The notes beneath the pieces were generated by a model. It worked only from the letters and a program-made list of their open reading frames with translations, searched no databases and was not told the origin of the DNA. A program made the translations under genes and the position numbers. A stretch of DNA of 64,000 nt, taken from an uncultured Alphaproteobacteria bacterium (GTDB taxonomy: Bacteria > Pseudomonadota > Alphaproteobacteria > Methylaequorales > Methylaequoraceae). Positions 22,616-35,124 of the stretch are shown piece by piece (position 1 is the stretch's first letter; every line of letters begins with the position of its first letter). Location of the stretch: assembly GCA_902523675.1 (NCBI GenBank), contig CABZAL010000002.1:9890-73889 (forward strand). The letters are read 5' to 3'.

Positions 22616-25600
22616 TTACTTTTGAGCAGGCTCAGTTGAATTTGTATTAGTCTCATTCGCAACATCCAGTAGTTCTTTATCTCTTTTTGCAGCCTCAATT
22701 TTTGCTTGTGCTAAAAATGAACCTGTGCCACAGGGTACAAGTCTTCCAACAATAACATTTTCTTTAAGCCCAACTAAACTATCAATTTTACCTGATACTG
22801 AAGCTTCAGTCAAAACTCGAGTTGTTTCTTGAAATGATGCAGCGGATATAAAACTATCAGTTTGTAAAGATGCCTTTGTTATTCCTAATAATATAGGCGA
22901 AGCTTTTGCCTCCTTCAAGTTTTCAGCTTTTGCTTTTTTATTAATCTCATCCAATTCCTTTTTACTAATCTGTTCACCAACTAAAAGCGTTGTTTCACCT
23001 CCATCGAGTATTTCAACCTTTTGCATCATTTGTTTGACGACAACCTCTATATGTTTATCATTAATTTTTACACCTTGAAGTCTGTAAACATCTTGAACCT
23101 CCTTAATCATGTAGGCAGATAGTGCTTCAACACCTTTTATTCGTAATATATCATGTGGTACTGAACTACCGTCAACAAGTACATCTCCAATCTCAACATA
23201 ATCCCCCTCTTGTACAGACAAGTGTTTTGATTTTGAAATTACATATTCAACAGGTTCTAAACTCTTATCGTCCGATCGGATGAGAATTTTTCGTTTCATT
23301 TTGTAATCTTTACCAAACTCTATCTTTCCAGAAATTTCTGCAATAATAGAATGATCTTTTGGTTTTCTAGCTTCAAATAGCTCTGCTACTCTTGGCAGAC
23401 CTCCAGTAATATCCTTGGTTTTTGAAGATTCCTTCGGAACTCTTGCAATAAAATCACCGCGTTTAATTTTATCTCCAGAGTTGATTCCTAAAATTGCATC
23501 AACAGGAATTTCATAAGAAGCTGGACTACCATTTTCTAACGTTAGAATTTTACCAGACTTCAACTTGTCGTGAATTTCAATCCTAGGATTTAAGGATTGG
23601 TTTTTTGCTTGTTGCTTCCAGTCAACAACCATCTTACTAGCTAATCCAGTTGATTCATCAATAACTTCTCTAGTTGAAACACCATCATCTAAATCTTTAA
23701 AAATTACATATCCACTAATTTGTCCAATTATTGGTATAGTAAATGGATCCCATTCAGCAAGTATCACACCTTTATCAATTTTTTGATTTTCTTTAACATT
23801 TATTTTTGAACCTAAGGGCACTCTATGTTTTGCTTTTTCCTTATCTCCTTGAAATATACAAAGTTGGGCACTTCTTGATAAATTAATGTTATTATTATTA
23901 GAATCTGATGATACCTGAACATTGTTAAATTTTATAGTACCACTTACATTAGATTCTACATTGGATATTTCAGAACCTTTTTGGGCTGCACCACCAATAT
24001 GGAATGTTCTCATGGTAAGTTGTGTTCCAGGCTCACCTATTGATTGAGCGGCAATAACCCCAACAGCCTCACCAATATTAACTGGTGTGCCTCTTGCAAG
24101 ATCTCTACCATAGCACTTAACGCATACACCAAATTCTGCTTCGCAGCTCAACACAGATCTAATTTTAACTTCTTCAATATTTAGTGATTCAATTATTGGA
24201 ATATGCTCCTCATCAATTATGTCACCTCTTGAAATTATGGTTTTTTTTGATTTAGGATCTATAATATCTTCCGCAATCGTCCTTCCAAGTATCTTTTCAG
24301 ATAAAGCATCTATGACTTCTCCGCCTTCAACCTCTGCCCTTACCGTTAAATATTTTTCGGTAAAGCAGTCATCAATTGTTACAATACAGTCTTGTGCAAC
24401 GTCAACTAATCTTCTTGTCAAATAACCTGAATTGGCAGTCTTTAGAGCTGTATCGGCAAGTCCTTTTCTAGCACCGTGGGTAGAATTAAAATATTCTAAA
24501 ACAGTCAAACCCTCTTTAAAGTTTGAAATAATTGGATTTTCAATTATTTCTCCTGACGGTTTAGCCATTAAGCCTCTCATACCGGCTAGTTGTTTTAATT
24601 GAGCCGCCGAACCTCTGGCTCCAGAATCGGCCATCATGAAAACAGAGTTTATATCATCAACTTTATTATTTTTTTGAGGAAGCATTTTATTCATCATTGC
24701 TTCAGCGACATCATCGGAACATTTAGCCCACGCATCGACAACCTTGTTGTATTTTTCTCCTTTAGTAATTAAACCCTCAGAGTATTGCTTTTCATAGTTC
24801 TTGACTTGCTTTTCAGTTGTACTTAAAAGATTATTTTTCGTCTCAGGAATTAGAAGATCGTCTTTTCCAAAAGAGATTCCAGCTTTGCAAGCCTCTTGAA
24901 AACCAAGAGCCATTAATTTATCTGCAAATATTACTGTTTTCTTCTGACCACAATGTCTATAAACAAGGTCAATTGTATTAGAAATTTCTTTTTTTGTCAT
25001 AAGCTTATTTATGATATCAAATTTGACTTTTGGATGTTTTGGTAATATTTCACTTAAAAACATTCTTCCTGGCGTGGTTTCTACAACCTCACTTATCTGC
25101 TCATAATTTTCATCTACGCTATAAAACCTAGCCTTAATTTTTGTTTGTAATGTTATGTACCCACTATCTAATGCAATTTGAATTTCTCCTAAATCTGAAA
25201 AAATCATTCCTTCTCCTTTAGCACCCTCTGAAATAATACTTAAGTAATAAAGACCAAGAATCATGTCCTGAGAAGGAACAATTATCGGTTTTCCACTTGC
25301 TGGTGATAGAATATTATTTGTAGACATCATTAAGACTCTAGCTTCCAATTGCGCTTCAAGGGATAAAGGTACGTGAACTGCCATCTGGTCTCCATCGAAA
25401 TCCGCATTAAACGCTGTACAAACTAATGGATGTAGTTGAATGGCTTTCCCCTCAATGAGGATTGGCTCAAACGCTTGAATTCCTAATCTATGCAATGTTG
25501 GAGCTCTATTTAATAAAACTGGGTGTTCTCTGATTACTTCTGCTAGTATATCCCAAACCTCTGGTCGTTCTTTTTCTACCATTTTTTTAGCGGCTTTAAT

Positions 25601-26779
25601 TGTAGTAGCATAATTATATTTTTCTAATTTTGCGTATATAAAAGGTTTAAACAATTCAATAGCCATCTTCTTTGGAATTCCGCATTGGTGTAACTTTAAT
25701 TCCGGTCCAACCACAATGACTGATCTACCTGAGTAATCAACTCTTTTACCTAAAAGATTTTGTCTAAATCTCCCTTGTTTACCTTTTAACATATCTGAAA
25801 GCGACTTTAGCGGCCTTTTGTTTGTTCCAGTAATAACTCTTCCTCTTCTTCCATTATCGAATAAAGCATCAGCTGCTTCTTGAAGCATTCTTTTTTCATT
25901 TCTAACGATAATTTCTGGAGCCTTTAAATTTAATAAACGTTGTAATCTATTATTGCGATTTATAACTCTTCTGTATAAATCATTCAAATCAGAGGTAGCA
26001 AATCTTCCTCCGTCAAGAGGCACCAAGGGTCGTAATTCAGGGGGGATGACGGGAATTACATTCAAAATCATCCACTCAGGTTTAAGTTTTGAAGAAATAA
26101 ATGCATCTATTAATTTAAGTCTTTTTACAAGTTTCTTTTTCTTTGTTTCAGAATTTGTATTTTTTAAATCGTTTCTGACTGACTTTTTCTCTTCATCTAA
26201 ATTAATTTCAGATAACAATTTTTGAATAGCTTCGGCACCAATCATACTTTCAAACTCATCACCAAATTCTTCTTTAAGTTCTGAATTTTCTTCTTCACTT
26301 ATAACCTGAAACTTCTTTAGTGATTTCACCATTCCTGGTTCCGTGATTATAAAACTTTCAAAGTATAGAACTTTTTCTAAATCTTTTAAGGTTAAGTCTA
26401 ATAATAAACCTATTCTACTTGGCAGGGATTTTAAAAACCAAATGTGTGCTACTGGCGCTGCAAGTGGAATATGTCCCATTCTCTCTCTTCTGACTTTTGT
26501 AACAGTTACTTCTACACCACATTTCTCACAAATGATTCCTTTAAACTTCATTCTTTTGTATTTACCACAAATACATTCATAATCTTTAATAGGGCCAAAT
26601 ATCCTTGCACAAAATAAACCACTTCTTTCTGGCTTAAACGTTCTGTAGTTTATAGTCTCAGGTTTTTTGATTTCACCATGAGACCAGGAAACCATATTTT
26701 CAGGACTCGCAATTGAAATTTTTATATGATCAAAATTGGTAAAATTAGGTTTTTCAATCAACTTCATTAAATCATTCAT
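22616..26779 (-). CDS. rpoC: DNA-directed RNA polymerase beta' subunit
   Basis: 1387 aa with the catalytic [15 protein letters not shown] motif and an N-terminal zinc-binding cysteine cluster. Confidence 0.99.
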   Translation of the reverse strand: MNDLMKLIEKPNFTNFDHIKISIASPENMVSWSHGEIKKPETINYRTFKPERSGLFCARIFGPIKDYECICGKYKRMKFKGIICEKCGVEVTVTKVRRERMGHIPLAAPVAHIWFLKSLPSRIGLLLDLTLKDLEKVLYFESFIITEPGMVKSLKKFQVISEEENSELKEEFGDEFESMIGAEAIQKLLSEINLDEEKKSVRNDLKNTNSETKKKKLVKRLKLIDAFISSKLKPEWMILNVIPVIPPELRPLVPLDGGRFATSDLNDLYRRVINRNNRLQRLLNLKAPEIIVRNEKRMLQEAADALFDNGRRGRVITGTNKRPLKSLSDMLKGKQGRFRQNLLGKRVDYSGRSVIVVGPELKLHQCGIPKKMAIELFKPFIYAKLEKYNYATTIKAAKKMVEKERPEVWDILAEVIREHPVLLNRAPTLHRLGIQAFEPILIEGKAIQLHPLVCTAFNADFDGDQMAVHVPLSLEAQLEARVLMMSTNNILSPASGKPIIVPSQDMILGLYYLSIISEGAKGEGMIFSDLGEIQIALDSGYITLQTKIKARFYSVDENYEQISEVVETTPGRMFLSEILPKHPKVKFDIINKLMTKKEISNTIDLVYRHCGQKKTVIFADKLMALGFQEACKAGISFGKDDLLIPETKNNLLSTTEKQVKNYEKQYSEGLITKGEKYNKVVDAWAKCSDDVAEAMMNKMLPQKNNKVDDINSVFMMADSGARGSAAQLKQLAGMRGLMAKPSGEIIENPIISNFKEGLTVLEYFNSTHGARKGLADTALKTANSGYLTRRLVDVAQDCIVTIDDCFTEKYLTVRAEVEGGEVIDALSEKILGRTIAEDIIDPKSKKTIISRGDIIDEEHIPIIESLNIEEVKIRSVLSCEAEFGVCVKCYGRDLARGTPVNIGEAVGVIAAQSIGEPGTQLTMRTFHIGGAAQKGSEISNVESNVSGTIKFNNVQVSSDSNNNNINLSRSAQLCIFQGDKEKAKHRVPLGSKINVKENQKIDKGVILAEWDPFTIPIIGQISGYVIFKDLDDGVSTREVIDESTGLASKMVVDWKQQAKNQSLNPRIEIHDKLKSGKILTLENGSPASYEIPVDAILGINSGDKIKRGDFIARVPKESSKTKDITGGLPRVAELFEARKPKDHSIIAEISGKIEFGKDYKMKRKILIRSDDKSLEPVEYVISKSKHLSVQEGDYVEIGDVLVDGSSVPHDILRIKGVEALSAYMIKEVQDVYRLQGVKINDKHIEVVVKQMMQKVEILDGGETTLLVGEQISKKELDEINKKAKAENLKEAKASPILLGITKASLQTDSFISAASFQETTRVLTEASVSGKIDSLVGLKENVIVGRLVPCGTGSFLAQAKIEAAKRDKELLDVANETNTNSTEPAQK

Positions 26780-26793
26780 AATATCCCCAGTAA

Positions 26794-29700
26794 TTAAACA
26801 TTTCTTTCTAAAAGTTCAACGTTAAGCCCTAATGATTTCAACTCCATGATTAAAACATTAAAAGATTCAGGAATACCTGATTCAATATTGTCTTCTCCTC
26901 TTACAATTGTTTCATATGCTTTTGTTCTTCCTGAAACATCATCAGATTTGACAGTCAACATTTCTTGAAGAGTGTAAGATGCTCCATACGCTTCTAAAGC
27001 CCACACTTCCATTTCACCAAACCGTTGACCACCAAATTGAGCCTTGCCTCCAAGAGGTTGCTGAGTTACTAGACTGTATGGGCCAATTGATCTGGCGTGA
27101 ATTTTATCGTCTACTAAATGATGCAATTTTAACATGTATATTTCACCAACAGTTACTGGTCTATCAAAATATTCTCCAGTTCGTCCATCTATTAACCTTT
27201 TTTGTCCACTTGTATCTGAACCTGCAAATTCAAAGTATTTATTGAGATCTGTCTCTTTTGCACCATCAAAAACAGGAGTTGCAAAAGGCACACCTTCTTT
27301 GAGACCTTTTGCATGCTTTAAAAGAGCCTCTTCGTTAATTTTTTCAAAACGAGATTTGTAGATCTCATCACCATAGACATTTTTGAAAAGTTCTCTCAAC
27401 TTTTTAATTTTTGGTTTGTCATTCTTTGAACTTTCTGCAAGATTGTAAAATTTCTTACCTAAATCAACTGCAGCAGCTCCGAGATGAGTTTCAAGTATTT
27501 GTCCAACGTTCATTCTTGATGGAACTCCTAATGGATTTAAAACTATATCCACTGGAGATCCATCTTCCATATATGGCATGTCCTCTACGGGTATTATTCT
27601 TGAAATAACTCCTTTATTCCCATGCCTTCCAGCCATCTTATCTCCAGGTGCTAATTGTCTTTTAACAGCCACAAAAACTTTTATAAGTTTCATAACTCCA
27701 GGTAATAAATCGTCACCAGATTGAACTTTATCAACTTTATCTTTAAAATTATTTTGTAGAATTTCTAAACTCTCATCGAATGCCTCACATAATGACTCGA
27801 TTTTTTCCATAGCTTTATCATCTTTTACTTTAATTTTTCTAAGTTTTGACAAGTTAAGTCCACTCAGAGTTTCCAAATTAATCTTTTTATTTTTCTTAAT
27901 TTCATCAACACCGCTCAAAAACATCTGATTTTCTAATAGGTCATTTAGTCCATTTTTGAAACTAGACTCTAAAATAAATTTTTCATCCTCCATATCTTTA
28001 TGTAATTGCTCAATTTGCGATCTTTCATTTGAGAGAGCTCTTTCATCTTTATCTATACCTCTTCTAGAGAAAACTCTAACTTCTACAACAGTGCCAGATA
28101 CACCTGGTGGGAGTCTTAATGAAGTATCTTTCACATCGGCAGCTTTTTCACCAAAAATTGCTCTAAGTAACTTTTCCTCTGGTGTCATAGGAGACTCTCC
28201 TTTCGGCGTTACTTTTCCAACCAAAATATCACCCGGATTTACTTCTGCTCCAATATGAACTATGCCAGCTTCATCCAAATTAGTAAGGGCTTCATCACCA
28301 ACATTTGGAATATCTCTTGTAATATCTTCTTGACCTAATTTAGTGTCTCTAGCTAAAACCTCGAATTCCTCAATGTGAATTGAGGTAAAGACATCATCAA
28401 CAACCAACTTCTCAGAAATGAGGATTGAATCCTCATAATTATAACCGTTCCATGGCATAAATGCTACTGTAACATTTTTACCTAATGCTAACTCTCCTGT
28501 TTTTGAAGCTGGTCCATCTGCGATTATATCGTTTTTTGAAACGTAATCTCCTGCTTGAACAAGAGGTTTTTGATTAATACAAGTATTTTGATTGGATCTT
28601 TGAAATTTACTCAATCTATAAATATCTACACCTGTATCTTTTTCTTGTTTTTCATCTGCTTTTATTACGATTCTAGAAGAATCAACTTGATCAACATATC
28701 CTGATCTTTTTGCAACTACGACTACACCAGAATCTCTTGCAACAACACTTTCCATTCCAGTACCCACAAAAGGAGCTTGAGATTTAAGTAGAGGTACAGC
28801 CTGTCTCATCATGTTTGATCCCATTAATGCTCTGTTTGCATCATCATTTTCCAAAAATGGAATCAAAGCGGCTGCGACTGATACAAGTTGTTTTGGAGAT
28901 ACATCCATTAACTCAATATGTTTGGGATTTAAAAGAAAAAAATCACCATCTTTTCTGCATGAAATTAAATCTCTAGAAAACGATCCATCGTTGTTCAATG
29001 GTTCGTTAGCTTGAGCAATTGTTTTTTTCTCCTCTTCCATAGCCGATAAATAAATTACATCATTTGTGACTTTTCCATTTACTACCTTCCTGTAGGGGGT
29101 CTCAATAAAACCAAAAGTATTTACTTTTGAATAAGTAGACAAAGAATTAATGAGTCCAATATTTGGTCCTTCTGGGGTTTCAATTGGACAAATTCTTCCA
29201 TAATGAGTCGGATGAACGTCTCTTACTTCAAAACCAGCTCTTTCTCTTGAAAGTCCTCCAGGGCCTAATGCAGAAAGTCTTCTTTTATGGGTAATTTCTG
29301 ACAAAGGATTAGTTTGATCCATAAATTGTGATAACTGACTTTGTCCAAAAAACTCTCTGACTGATGCAGAAGCTGGTTTAGGGTTTACAAGATCATTGGG
29401 CATAACAATTTCTATTTCTGAATTACTCATTCTTTCTTTAATTGCTCTTTCCATTCTAATAACACCCAAAGTGTATTGATTTTCTAAGAGTTCTCCAACT
29501 GATCTTACCCTTCTATTTCCTAAGTGATCAATGTCGTCAATTTCTCCAATACCGTCTTTTAGTTCTGCTAAATATTTTATTATTGTTAAAATATCTGTAT
29601 TTTCCAAAACTCTTTTCTCTAAATCGGTGTCTAAACCGAGTCTTGTATTTATTTTTAATCTGCCAACTGGTGACAGGTCATATCTTTCTTTGTCAAAAAA

Positions 29701-30957
29701 CAAACTTCTAAATAAGTTATCTGCTGATTCAATAGTCGGTGGCTCTCCAGGTCTCATTATTTTATAAATTTCGAATAACGCATCATTTCTATTTTTATTT
29801 TTATCAGCCAAAAAAGTATCTCTTATATAACTTCCTTGTTTATTATTATTAATATCCAAAATATCCAAAAAGCTGATATTTTTATCAGAAACGTGTTTAA
29901 GCACATTTTCATCCACAACGTCTCCAGCTTCAAAATAGATTATTCCTGATTTATCATCAAAAATATCTTTTGCCAAAAACTTTCCTACAATTTCTTCGTT
30001 GGAAATCAAAAGTTTTTTTACCTTAAGTTCCTTAATTTTTTTGGCGATTAAAATATTGAATTTTTCTCCTGCTTTAGCAACGACATTACTATTCGCAGAA
30101 TCAGTAAGGTCAAAGTTTAGCTTTGAGCCTATATAATCTTCTTTGATATAATCAATTTCCCAACCATTATCTTTTTTTATAAATTTTTTGGAACTGTAAA
30201 AAAATGAAAAAATTTCTTCATGGCTAAGTCCTGTGATTTTATTGTAATCGAGATGTTCAGAATCTGTCTTTTCCCTGTATTCAACTGATTTCTCATTCTC
30301 TAGAGCTAGTAGCAATGATGAAGCTAAAAGTTTTCTTCTTTTATCTATTCTTACATACAAAAGGTCTTTTGAATCGAATTCAAAATCAATCCATGATCCG
30401 TTATAAGGAATCAATCTAGATGCAAATAAGAACTTCCCAGTTGAATGGCTTTTTCCCTTATCATGATCAAAAAAAACACCGGGAGACCTATGCATCTGGG
30501 AAACTACAACTCTTGTTGTTCCATTAAATACAAATGTTCCTTTATCAGTCATAAGAGGGATATCGCCAAGATAAACTTCTTGTTCCTTTATGTCTTTTAT
30601 TGACCTCGACCCACTCTCCTCATCAATCTCCCAAACAATTAGTCTCAATGTAACTTTTAAAAGTGATGCGAATGTCCCACCTCTTTGAATACACTCTTTA
30701 ACATCATACTTAGGGTTTTCGAGCTCATATTTAACAAATTGAAGTTCAGCCTTACCTGAAAAATCTTTAATGGGAAAAACCTTGTTAAATACTGCTTGAA
30801 GGCCTATGTCTTCCCTATTTTGTGGTTTAATATTTTTTTGTAAAAATAATTCGTAGGAATTCTTCTGAATTTCCAAAAGATTCGGCATTTCCAACAATTC
30901 TGGAATTTTTCCAAAACTTTTTCTTACATTATGCTTAAGAGTAAATGAACTTTTCAT
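26794..30957 (-). CDS. rpoB: DNA-directed RNA polymerase beta subunit
   Basis: 1387 aa; [55 protein letters not shown]. Confidence 0.99.
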   Translation of the reverse strand: MKSSFTLKHNVRKSFGKIPELLEMPNLLEIQKNSYELFLQKNIKPQNREDIGLQAVFNKVFPIKDFSGKAELQFVKYELENPKYDVKECIQRGGTFASLLKVTLRLIVWEIDEESGSRSIKDIKEQEVYLGDIPLMTDKGTFVFNGTTRVVVSQMHRSPGVFFDHDKGKSHSTGKFLFASRLIPYNGSWIDFEFDSKDLLYVRIDKRRKLLASSLLLALENEKSVEYREKTDSEHLDYNKITGLSHEEIFSFFYSSKKFIKKDNGWEIDYIKEDYIGSKLNFDLTDSANSNVVAKAGEKFNILIAKKIKELKVKKLLISNEEIVGKFLAKDIFDDKSGIIYFEAGDVVDENVLKHVSDKNISFLDILDINNNKQGSYIRDTFLADKNKNRNDALFEIYKIMRPGEPPTIESADNLFRSLFFDKERYDLSPVGRLKINTRLGLDTDLEKRVLENTDILTIIKYLAELKDGIGEIDDIDHLGNRRVRSVGELLENQYTLGVIRMERAIKERMSNSEIEIVMPNDLVNPKPASASVREFFGQSQLSQFMDQTNPLSEITHKRRLSALGPGGLSRERAGFEVRDVHPTHYGRICPIETPEGPNIGLINSLSTYSKVNTFGFIETPYRKVVNGKVTNDVIYLSAMEEEKKTIAQANEPLNNDGSFSRDLISCRKDGDFFLLNPKHIELMDVSPKQLVSVAAALIPFLENDDANRALMGSNMMRQAVPLLKSQAPFVGTGMESVVARDSGVVVVAKRSGYVDQVDSSRIVIKADEKQEKDTGVDIYRLSKFQRSNQNTCINQKPLVQAGDYVSKNDIIADGPASKTGELALGKNVTVAFMPWNGYNYEDSILISEKLVVDDVFTSIHIEEFEVLARDTKLGQEDITRDIPNVGDEALTNLDEAGIVHIGAEVNPGDILVGKVTPKGESPMTPEEKLLRAIFGEKAADVKDTSLRLPPGVSGTVVEVRVFSRRGIDKDERALSNERSQIEQLHKDMEDEKFILESSFKNGLNDLLENQMFLSGVDEIKKNKKINLETLSGLNLSKLRKIKVKDDKAMEKIESLCEAFDESLEILQNNFKDKVDKVQSGDDLLPGVMKLIKVFVAVKRQLAPGDKMAGRHGNKGVISRIIPVEDMPYMEDGSPVDIVLNPLGVPSRMNVGQILETHLGAAAVDLGKKFYNLAESSKNDKPKIKKLRELFKNVYGDEIYKSRFEKINEEALLKHAKGLKEGVPFATPVFDGAKETDLNKYFEFAGSDTSGQKRLIDGRTGEYFDRPVTVGEIYMLKLHHLVDDKIHARSIGPYSLVTQQPLGGKAQFGGQRFGEMEVWALEAYGASYTLQEMLTVKSDDVSGRTKAYETIVRGEDNIESGIPESFNVLIMELKSLGLNVELLERNV

Positions 30958-30975
30958 GTATATTTATCCAAAAAA

Positions 30976-31353
30976 TTATTTCAAGTCTACTGTCGCACCA
31001 GCTTCTTCTAGCTGTTTTTTAAATTTTTCGGCATCCTCTTTATTCACCCCTTCTTTAACATTCTGAGGTGCTCCTTCTACAAGATCCTTGGCTTCCTTTA
31101 GACCTAAACCAGTAATTGTTCTTACTTCCTTAATAACATTTATCTTTTTTTCTCCACATGCAGAAAGTACGACAGTAAATTCGGTTTTTTCTTCAGATGA
31201 TGCTTGTGCATCTTCCCCTGCAGCTGGTGCAGCAACTGCGACAGGAGCTGCCGCGGATACACCCCATTTTTCTTCTAAAAGTTTAGTTAATTCAGAAGCT
31301 TCTAAGACTGAGAGGTTAGAAAGGTCTTCGATTATTTTTTCAAGATTTGCCAT
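30976..31353 (-). CDS. rplL: 50S ribosomal protein L7/L12
   Basis: 125 aa with an Ala/Pro hinge and a C-terminal domain ([27 protein letters not shown]). Confidence 0.97.
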   Translation of the reverse strand: MANLEKIIEDLSNLSVLEASELTKLLEEKWGVSAAAPVAVAAPAAGEDAQASSEEKTEFTVVLSACGEKKINVIKEVRTITGLGLKEAKDLVEGAPQNVKEGVNKEDAEKFKKQLEEAGATVDLK

Positions 31354-31374
31354 AGTAATGTCTCCTTAAATTGG

Positions 31375-31884
31375 TTATTGGCTTTGTTGTTTTGAATTTA
31401 TTAATCTTACAATTTTTGAGGATGGTTCATTCAATAGAGATACAACATTGGAAAGAGGTGAAGAAATCAAACTCACTAATTTTGCTCTTATTGCTTCCAT
31501 AGAAGGAAGAGAAGCCAATTGTTTGATTTCATTATAATTAAGCTCTTGTGTTCCCATCGCACCACCAATAATTTTTAATTTCTCATTATCTTTAGAAAAA
31601 TCATATAAAACTTTTGCCGCGCTTACAGGATCTTCTGAAAAAGCAACAGCTGTTGGGCCAACAAAAAATTGTTCTAATTGTTCATAATCTGTGTTTTTAA
31701 TAGCTCTTTTGGCTAAACTATTTTTTGTAACTTTAAAAGAAGCATTTTTCCTCTTCACTTGTCTTCTAAGAGAAGAAATTTCTTCAACTGAAAGACCTTT
31801 GTATTGAGTTACCAATACAAATTTAGTACTACTTAATAAATCGTTGAATTCTGATACAAAATTTGTTTTTTCCGTTCTATTCAT
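31375..31884 (-). CDS. rplJ: 50S ribosomal protein L10
   Basis: 169 aa. It lies directly upstream of rplL and has an L10-like N-terminus (KTNFVSEFNDLLSSTKFVLVTQYKGLSVEEISSLRRQ). Confidence 0.95.
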   Translation of the reverse strand: MNRTEKTNFVSEFNDLLSSTKFVLVTQYKGLSVEEISSLRRQVKRKNASFKVTKNSLAKRAIKNTDYEQLEQFFVGPTAVAFSEDPVSAAKVLYDFSKDNEKLKIIGGAMGTQELNYNEIKQLASLPSMEAIRAKLVSLISSPLSNVVSLLNEPSSKIVRLINSKQQSQ

Positions 31885-32047
31885 CTAAATTATTATTCTC
31901 CAATTCAAAAATGATTAATAAACATCACATTTAATTTTCTAATTCTACCCGAGCAAATCTAAGATTGACTCTTTCTAATTTAGGCCATATCACCCAAGCA
32001 AGCTACCTAAAGTCTTGTACAGTAAATTATTACCTTGTAATAAACAA
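31885..32047 (-). promoter_or_regulatory. rplJ 5' leader region (candidate L10 autoregulatory leader and/or internal promoter)
   Basis: This 163-nt spacer between rplA and rplJ is the longest non-coding stretch in the ribosomal/RNA polymerase region. It is slightly less AT-rich and contains a 6-bp TTTAGG...CCTAAA stem. The call rests on position only; I did not verify the L10-leader consensus. Confidence 0.35.
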
Positions 32048-32737
32048 TTAAATAATGCTTGTCAAATCAACTTTCAATCCTGGTCCCATAGTCGAATTCA
32101 AAGAAATATTCTTAATGAAGGTACCTTTTGATGTTGATGGTTTAGCTTTATTTAATTCTTTATACAAAAACTTAATATTATTTACAATATCCTGAGAAGA
32201 AAAACTGGATTTACCTACGCATACATGAACAATACCACCTTTTTCAGTTTTATATTCAGTTTGCCCTGCTTTAATTTTTTTTATCATATCCTCAATATTT
32301 TTAGTAACTGTTCCCAACTTTGGATTTGGCATTAATCCTTTGGGGCCTAATATTTGCCCAAGAGTTCCTACTTTTGACATCATTTCTGGAGTCGAAATAC
32401 ACTTATCAAAATTAATATTACCAGATTTTACTTTCTCTACTAACTCATCATCACCATATAAATCTGCACCCGAAGATTTAGCTTTTTCGAGGTCTGATCC
32501 ACTTGCAAAAACTGCAACTTTAACTTTTTTTGCAATTCCTTTAGGTAGTGAAATTGCACCTCTTATGAGTTGATCTGATTTTTTAGGATCAATTCCAAGT
32601 GAAATAGCGATGTCTATGGATTCATCAAAATTTTTTGATGTAAATTTTTTTGTAATATTAATTGCATCCTCAATTTTGTAACTAGTTTTTTTATCTACTT
32701 CTTTAAATATTTTTTTTTGTTTTTTTGAATTTAACAT
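32048..32737 (-). CDS. rplA: 50S ribosomal protein L1
   Basis: MLNSKKQKKIFKEVD... matches an L1 N-terminus. I chose the start at Met6 of the track ORF, 5 nt after the rplK stop. GPKGLMPNPKLGTVT is an L1 motif. Confidence 0.96.
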   Translation of the reverse strand: MLNSKKQKKIFKEVDKKTSYKIEDAINITKKFTSKNFDESIDIAISLGIDPKKSDQLIRGAISLPKGIAKKVKVAVFASGSDLEKAKSSGADLYGDDELVEKVKSGNINFDKCISTPEMMSKVGTLGQILGPKGLMPNPKLGTVTKNIEDMIKKIKAGQTEYKTEKGGIVHVCVGKSSFSSQDIVNNIKFLYKELNKAKPSTSKGTFIKNISLNSTMGPGLKVDLTSII

Positions 32738-32741
32738 TGTA

Positions 32742-33167
32742 TTATTCCACATTTATACCCATTGATCTTGCAGTCCCAGCAACCATCTTTTCAGCAGCAT
32801 TTAAATTAGTTGTATTAAGATCAGACATTTTTTGCTCTGCAATTTTTTTTACATCATCACGACTAATTGTTGATATAACACTCTTTCCTGGTGTTTGCGA
32901 ACCTTTTTTTAGTTTTGCTAATTTTTTGATGAAAAAAGAAGTTGGAGGCGATTTAGTTACAAATGTAAAACTTTTATCTGCATAAACTGTTATAACCACT
33001 GGAATTGGCATACCTGCCTCAGAATTTTGGGTTGAAGCGTTAAAAGACTTGCAAAATTCCATTATATTAACCCCTTTTTGTCCCAAGGCTGGTCCAACAG
33101 GTGGTGACGGGTTTGCTTGTCCGGCAGGAATTTGTAATTTTATGTATCCATCAATCTTTTTAGCCAT
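32742..33167 (-). CDS. rplK: 50S ribosomal protein L11
   Basis: 141 aa; [35 protein letters not shown]. Confidence 0.98.
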   Translation of the reverse strand: MAKKIDGYIKLQIPAGQANPSPPVGPALGQKGVNIMEFCKSFNASTQNSEAGMPIPVVITVYADKSFTFVTKSPPTSFFIKKLAKLKKGSQTPGKSVISTISRDDVKKIAEQKMSDLNTTNLNAAEKMVAGTARSMGINVE

Positions 33168-33184
33168 TTGTTACTTTCTTAATT

Positions 33185-33718
33185 TCAAACTTTTTCTACT
33201 TGCGAGTATTCTAAATCAACGGGAGTAGATCTTCCAAATATCGATACAGAAACTTTTAATCTTGCCTTTTCTTCATCGACTTCTTCAACCATTCCGTTAA
33301 ATGAGGTAAAAGGACCATCTGAAACCCTAACTTGCTCCCCAACTTCAAAACTTACAGAAGGCTTTGGTCTATCCAGTCCTTCTTTGACTTGATGAAGAAT
33401 ACTGTCAATTTCTTTTTGAGAAACTGGCGACGGTTCCCCTTTTTTTCCACCAAGAAAACCGCTTACTTTAGGGATGCTTCTCACAACATGCCAAAGTTCA
33501 TCATTCATTAACATTTTTAATAAAACATAGCCAGGAAAAAACTTTCTTTCAGAATTAATTTTTTTTCCTTTTTTCATCTCAATAACATCCTCGGATGGGA
33601 TGAGAATTTCTTCAATACTACTTCTTAAGCCCTTCTTTTCTGTTTGAAGAAGTATTTGATCGCTTACTTTCTTTTCAAATCCAGAGTAAACTTGTAATAT
33701 GTACCAATTTGCAATCAT
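33185..33718 (-). CDS. nusG: Transcription termination/antitermination factor NusG
   Basis: 177 aa; WYILQVYSGFEKKV..., a KOW domain (FEVGEQVRVSDGPFTSFNGMVEEVD), and secE-nusG-rplK context. Confidence 0.96.
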   Translation of the reverse strand: MIANWYILQVYSGFEKKVSDQILLQTEKKGLRSSIEEILIPSEDVIEMKKGKKINSERKFFPGYVLLKMLMNDELWHVVRSIPKVSGFLGGKKGEPSPVSQKEIDSILHQVKEGLDRPKPSVSFEVGEQVRVSDGPFTSFNGMVEEVDEEKARLKVSVSIFGRSTPVDLEYSQVEKV

Positions 33719-33722
33719 AAAT

Positions 33723-33908
33723 TTAAATAAAAAGAATATATTTAACTAAGAAAGATATTATTTTATCAACTAGTAGAAAAAATAATGAAGAAATAAATAC
33801 GAATATAAAAACCATTACAGTTGTAGTTATAGTTTCTTGCTTTGTTGGCCAAGTAACTTTTTTAGTTTCCTGTTTAACTTCATTATAAAAATTTTTTAAT
33901 TTTATCAT
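33723..33908 (-). CDS. secE: Preprotein translocase subunit SecE
   Basis: 61 aa with one transmembrane helix; EVKQETKKVTWPTKQET. It lies upstream of nusG and downstream of tRNA-Trp. Confidence 0.9.
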   Translation of the reverse strand: MIKLKNFYNEVKQETKKVTWPTKQETITTTVMVFIFVFISSLFFLLVDKIISFLVKYILFI

Positions 33909-33990
33909 AATTCATAATTTAGAAATGAATAATAATTAACAGAAAGTATTTATTAAGCAATAACTTTTTAAACTTTTTTAGCCTACAATT

Positions 33991-34066
33991 TGGCAGGGGC
34001 GGAGAGACTCGAACTCACGACCTACGGTTTTGGAGACCGTCGCTCTACCAACTGAGCTACACCCCT
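33991..34066 (-). tRNA. trnW: tRNA-Trp (anticodon CCA), 3' CCA encoded
   Basis: The reverse complement AGGGGTGTAGCTCAGTTGGTAGAGCGACGGTCTCCAAAACCGTAGGTCGTGAGTTCGAGTCTCTCCGCCCCTGCCA folds as a cloverleaf. The acceptor stem is AGGGGTG/CGCCCCT and the anticodon loop is CUCCAAA. Confidence 0.95.
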
Positions 34067-34072
34067 AATAAG

Positions 34073-34146
34073 TGGAGCGGGTGAAGGGAATCGAACCCTC
34101 GTAATCAGCTTGGAAGGCTGGAGCTTTACCACTAAGCTACACCCGC
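34073..34146 (-). tRNA. trnG: tRNA-Gly (anticodon UCC), 3' CCA encoded
   Basis: The reverse complement is GCGGGTGTAGCTTAGTGGTAAAGCTCCAGCCTTCCAAGCTGATTACGAGGGTTCGATTCCCTTCACCCGCTCCA. The acceptor stem is GCGGGTG/CACCCGC and the anticodon loop is CUUCCAA. Confidence 0.93.
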
Positions 34147-34241
34147 AGATAATTATTTAACTTATATTATAATTGTAATTTGTAAATAAGATTGAATTTA
34201 AATATTTGTTGATTATTCCAGATATCGAAGTATTTGTTTTT

Positions 34242-34327
34242 TGGTGGAGGGAGTAGGATTCGAACCTACGTACACTTGCGTGGTCAGATTTACAGTCTGA
34301 TGCCTTTAACCACTCGGCCATCCCTCC
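34242..34327 (-). tRNA. trnY: tRNA-Tyr (anticodon GUA), long variable arm, 3' CCA encoded
   Basis: The reverse complement is GGAGGGATGGCCGAGTGGTTAAAGGCATCAGACTGTAAATCTGACCACGCAAGTGTACGTAGGTTCGAATCCTACTCCCTCCACCA. The acceptor stem is GGAGGGA/TCCCTCC and the anticodon loop is CUGUAAA. Confidence 0.95.
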
Positions 34328-34392
34328 TAAAAAAAGTATGTATACTTTGCATTATATGATAATTAAAGTAAAAAAAAAAAAAGATATTTTAC

Positions 34393-35124
34393 ATGAATGA
34401 TAATTTAAGTGATATAGAAAAAATTTTCGGAATCCATGCTTGCATCAGCGTTCTCAATAATAAGAGAAGAAAAATTAAAAAGATTTGGTGCACAGAAGGA
34501 ACATTAAGAAAAATAAGAAAAAATATTATTAATGAGAAAAAAATCAAAGAAATAAAAATTTATAATAGATCAGACCTTGATAAAAAACTAAAAACTACCG
34601 TCCATCAAGGTATAGTTATTTTTTGTAATAAACTTAAAACAAGTAATGTGAGTAAGTTGCTTCAGAGTGAAAAAAATATTTTGATTCTTGATAGTCTAGT
34701 TGATCCACAAAACGTTGGATCTATAATGAGAAGCGCCTACATTTTTGGTATAAATTGTATCTTTTTCAACGATAGAAACTCCTTTTCTATTAATGAAGTT
34801 TTAATAAAAGCTGCATCAGGTTCATATGAGAAAATAGAATTAATTCCTGTAAAGAATATTGTAAATTTAATAAAAAATTTAAAAAAATATAATTATTGGG
34901 TTATTGGTTTAGATAAATATGGAAAAAAAAATATAACAACTATAGATAAGAATATTAAAAAAGCGTTAGTTTTAGGTTCAGAGAATAAAGGCATTAGAGA
35001 TTTGATAAAGAAAAAGTGTGATTTTCTTGTAAAAATTGTTATGCATACCAATGATAAAGATATTGATAGTCTTAATGTTTCAAATGCAGCAGCAGTTTTA
35101 TTTTATGAATTGAATAGAAAATGA
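34393..35124 (+). CDS. rlmB: SpoU/TrmH-family rRNA 2'-O-methyltransferase (RlmB-like)
   Basis: 243 aa; ILILDSLVDPQNVGSIMRSAYIFG, LVLGSENKGI, SLNVSNAAAVLFYE are SPOUT methyltransferase motifs. Confidence 0.8.
   Translation: MNDNLSDIEKIFGIHACISVLNNKRRKIKKIWCTEGTLRKIRKNIINEKKIKEIKIYNRSDLDKKLKTTVHQGIVIFCNKLKTSNVSKLLQSEKNILILDSLVDPQNVGSIMRSAYIFGINCIFFNDRNSFSINEVLIKAASGSYEKIELIPVKNIVNLIKNLKKYNYWVIGLDKYGKKNITTIDKNIKKALVLGSENKGIRDLIKKKCDFLVKIVMHTNDKDIDSLNVSNAAAVLFYELNRK

Noticed and set aside
22616-30957. rpoB and rpoC ORFs are both exactly 1387 codons
   Set aside because: This is a coincidence. The two proteins are unrelated in sequence and both contain their normal motifs.
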